Source of the DNA: Bacillus subtilis subsp. subtilis str. 168
GTDB lineage: Bacteria; Bacillota; Bacilli; Bacillales; Bacillaceae
Assembly (NCBI RefSeq): GCF_000009045.1
Contig: NC_000964.3
Span: forward strand, 420,001 to 452,000
Reading direction: 5' to 3'
Length of the DNA: 32,000 nt
The notes beneath the pieces are model-generated. The model did not search any database. It saw nothing but the letters and a program-made list of their open reading frames with translations, and was not told the origin of the DNA. Below, in pieces: positions 29,724 through 32,000 of this stretch. The position numbers and the translations under genes were made by a program. Each line of letters opens with the position of its first letter. The stretch's first letter is position 1.

Positions 29724-31160
29724 ATGCAGCAGCAAGAACAGCAGCAAGGCGGCATGAAAGTGAAAGTGCAACGCTTTGGGAGTTATTTGAGCGGAATGAT
29801 CATGCCGAATATCGGCGCGTTTATCGCGTGGGGTATCATTACCGCGCTGTTTATTCCGGCAGGATGGTTTCCGAATGAACAGCTGAACACGCTGGTCAGC
29901 CCGATGATTACGTATTTATTGCCGCTTTTGATAGCGTATACAGGCGGAAAAATGATCTACGACCACCGCGGCGGAGTTGTCGGAGCGACAGCGGCAATTG
30001 GGGTGATTGTAGGATCGGATATTCCAATGTTTTTAGGCGCAATGATTATGGGTCCGCTTGGCGGATACCTCATTAAACAGACTGATAAATTATTCAAGGA
30101 TAAAGTCAAGCAAGGCTTTGAAATGCTGATCAACAACTTTACGGCAGGGATTGTCGGCGCGGCTTTAACGATTCTCGCGTTTTACGCCATCGGCCCGGTT
30201 GTCTTGACGCTAAATAAATTGCTGGCGGCTGGTGTGGAAGTCATTGTACACGCTAATTTACTGCCGGTAGCCAGTGTTTTTGTAGAACCGGCGAAAGTGT
30301 TGTTCCTTAACAACGCCATAAACCATGGAATCTTAAGCCCGATCGGAATCGAGCAAGCATCTCAAACAGGAAAATCAATTCTGTTTTTAGTAGAAGCAAA
30401 CCCTGGACCGGGGCTCGGCATTTTGCTGGCCTACATGTTCTTTGGCAAAGGATCTTCAAAATCAACGGCTCCCGGTGCGGCGATCATCCATTTCTTCGGA
30501 GGGATTCACGAGATTTACTTCCCGTACATTCTGATGAAACCGGCCCTGATTCTCGCAGCCATTGCCGGCGGAGCAAGCGGACTCTTAACATTTACGATCT
30601 TTAATGCCGGACTTGTCGCGGCAGCGTCACCGGGAAGCATTATCGCATTGATGGCAATGACGCCAAGAGGAGGCTATTTCGGCGTATTGGCGGGTGTATT
30701 GGTCGCTGCAGCTGTATCGTTCATCGTTTCAGCAGTGATCCTGAAATCCTCTAAAGCTAGTGAAGAAGACCTGGCTGCCGCAACAGAAAAAATGCAGTCC
30801 ATGAAGGGGAAGAAAAGCCAAGCAGCAGCTGCTTTAGAGGCGGAACAAGCCAAAGCAGAAGAAGCGTCTGAGCTGTCTCCTGAAAGCGTGAACAAAATTA
30901 TCTTTGCGTGTGATGCGGGAATGGGATCAAGTGCCATGGGGGCATCCATCTTAAGAAACAAAGTGAAAAAAGCGGAGCTTGACATCAGTGTGACCAACAC
31001 GGCCATTAACAATCTGCCAAGCGATGCGGATATTGTCATCACCCACAAAGATTTAACAGACCGCGCGAAAGCAAAGCTGCCGAACGCGACGCACATATCA
31101 GTGGATAACTTCTTAAACAGCCCGAAATACGACGAGCTGATTGAAAAGCTGAAAAAGTAA
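29724..31160 (+). CDS. mtlA: Mannitol PTS EIICB component
   Basis: 478 aa; EIIC mannitol domain (NNAINHGILSPIG, GGIHEIYFPYI) and EIIB domain (IIFACDAGMGSSAMGAS). Confidence 0.95.
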   Translation: MQQQEQQQGGMKVKVQRFGSYLSGMIMPNIGAFIAWGIITALFIPAGWFPNEQLNTLVSPMITYLLPLLIAYTGGKMIYDHRGGVVGATAAIGVIVGSDIPMFLGAMIMGPLGGYLIKQTDKLFKDKVKQGFEMLINNFTAGIVGAALTILAFYAIGPVVLTLNKLLAAGVEVIVHANLLPVASVFVEPAKVLFLNNAINHGILSPIGIEQASQTGKSILFLVEANPGPGLGILLAYMFFGKGSSKSTAPGAAIIHFFGGIHEIYFPYILMKPALILAAIAGGASGLLTFTIFNAGLVAAASPGSIIALMAMTPRGGYFGVLAGVLVAAAVSFIVSAVILKSSKASEEDLAAATEKMQSMKGKKSQAAAALEAEQAKAEEASELSPESVNKIIFACDAGMGSSAMGASILRNKVKKAELDISVTNTAINNLPSDADIVITHKDLTDRAKAKLPNATHISVDNFLNSPKYDELIEKLKK

Positions 31161-31184
31161 TCTTATAGAAAGAGAGTGATTGTC

Positions 31185-31616
31185 ATGCAAGTACTCGCAA
31201 AGGAAAACATTAAACTCAATCAAACGGTATCATCAAAAGAAGAGGCTATCAAATTGGCAGGCCAGACGCTGATTGACAACGGCTACGTGACAGAGGATTA
31301 CATTAGCAAAATGTTTGAACGTGAAGAAACGTCTTCTACGTTTATGGGGAATTTCATTGCCATTCCACACGGCACAGAAGAAGCGAAAAGCGAGGTGCTT
31401 CACTCAGGAATTTCAATCATACAGATTCCAGAGGGCGTTGAGTACGGAGAAGGCAACACGGCAAAAGTGGTATTCGGCATTGCGGGTAAAAATAATGAGC
31501 ATTTAGACATTTTGTCTAACATCGCCATTATCTGTTCAGAAGAAGAAAACATTGAACGCCTGATCTCCGCTAAAAGCGAAGAAGATTTGATCGCCATTTT
31601 CAACGAGGTGAACTGA
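31185..31616 (+). CDS. mtlF: Mannitol PTS EIIA component
   Basis: ATG 31185 gives 143 aa (MQVLAKENIKLNQTVSSKEEAI). EIIA-Mtl active-site region FIAIPHGTEEAK. Confidence 0.95.
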   Translation: MQVLAKENIKLNQTVSSKEEAIKLAGQTLIDNGYVTEDYISKMFEREETSSTFMGNFIAIPHGTEEAKSEVLHSGISIIQIPEGVEYGEGNTAKVVFGIAGKNNEHLDILSNIAIICSEEENIERLISAKSEEDLIAIFNEVN

Positions 31617-31617
31617 C

Positions 31618-32000
31618 ATGATCGCCTTACATTTCGGTGCGGGAAATATCGGGAGAGGATTTATCGGCGCGCTGCTTCACCACTCCGGCTATGATGTGGT
31701 GTTTGCGGATGTGAACGAAACGATGGTCAGCCTCCTCAATGAAAAAAAAGAATACACAGTGGAACTGGCGGAAGAGGGACGTTCATCGGAGATCATTGGC
31801 CCGGTGAGCGCTATTAACAGCGGCAGTCAGACCGAGGAGCTGTACCGGCTGATGAATGAGGCGGCGCTCATCACAACAGCTGTCGGCCCGAATGTGCTGA
31901 AGCTGATTGCCCCGTCTATCGCAGAAGGTTTAAGACGAAGAAATACTGCAAACACACTGAATATCATTGCCTGCGAAAATATGATTGGCGGAAGCAGCTT
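31618..32000 (+). CDS. mtlD: Mannitol-1-phosphate 5-dehydrogenase, 3' truncated by window end
   Basis: ATG 31618 (MIALHFGAGNIGRGFIGALLHHSGYDVVFADVNE), one nt after the mtlF stop, open to the window end. Confidence 0.93.
   Translation, partial: MIALHFGAGNIGRGFIGALLHHSGYDVVFADVNETMVSLLNEKKEYTVELAEEGRSSEIIGPVSAINSGSQTEELYRLMNEAALITTAVGPNVLKLIAPSIAEGLRRRNTANTLNIIACENMIGGSS

Overview
The window matches the Bacillus subtilis 168-type chromosomal neighbourhood gerK - yclHIJK - rapC/phrC - yclM - yclNOPQ - ycnBCDE - yczG - gabR/gabT/gabD - glcU/gdh - ycnIJK/ycnL - mtlAFD. I assigned genes by recognising protein sequences, gene order and motifs; no database search was run. Systems present: a spore germinant receptor (GerKA-KC-KB), an ABC exporter beside a two-component system, the RapC/CSF (ERGMT) quorum-sensing cassette, two tiny sporulation-type membrane peptides missed by the ORF track, aspartokinase III, a Fur-boxed petrobactin-type siderophore importer, an MFS pump with a TetR regulator, a nitroreductase/monooxygenase pair divergent from an ArsR regulator, GABA catabolism with its MocR-type regulator, glucose uptake/dehydrogenase, a copper uptake operon with repressor, and the mannitol PTS (mtlD truncated by the window edge). 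I found no convincing undescribed multigene system, CRISPR array, mobile element, tRNA or rRNA. The items most worth a second look are small: candidate operators (yclHI direct repeat, ycnC dyad, ycnE dyad), a possibly leaderless yczG, an unexplained dyad upstream of yclN, the paired yczM/yczN micro-ORFs, and a second hairpin after gerKB. Several track ORFs start upstream of the likely start codon, and I give refined starts where a ribosome-binding site or known protein length supports them.
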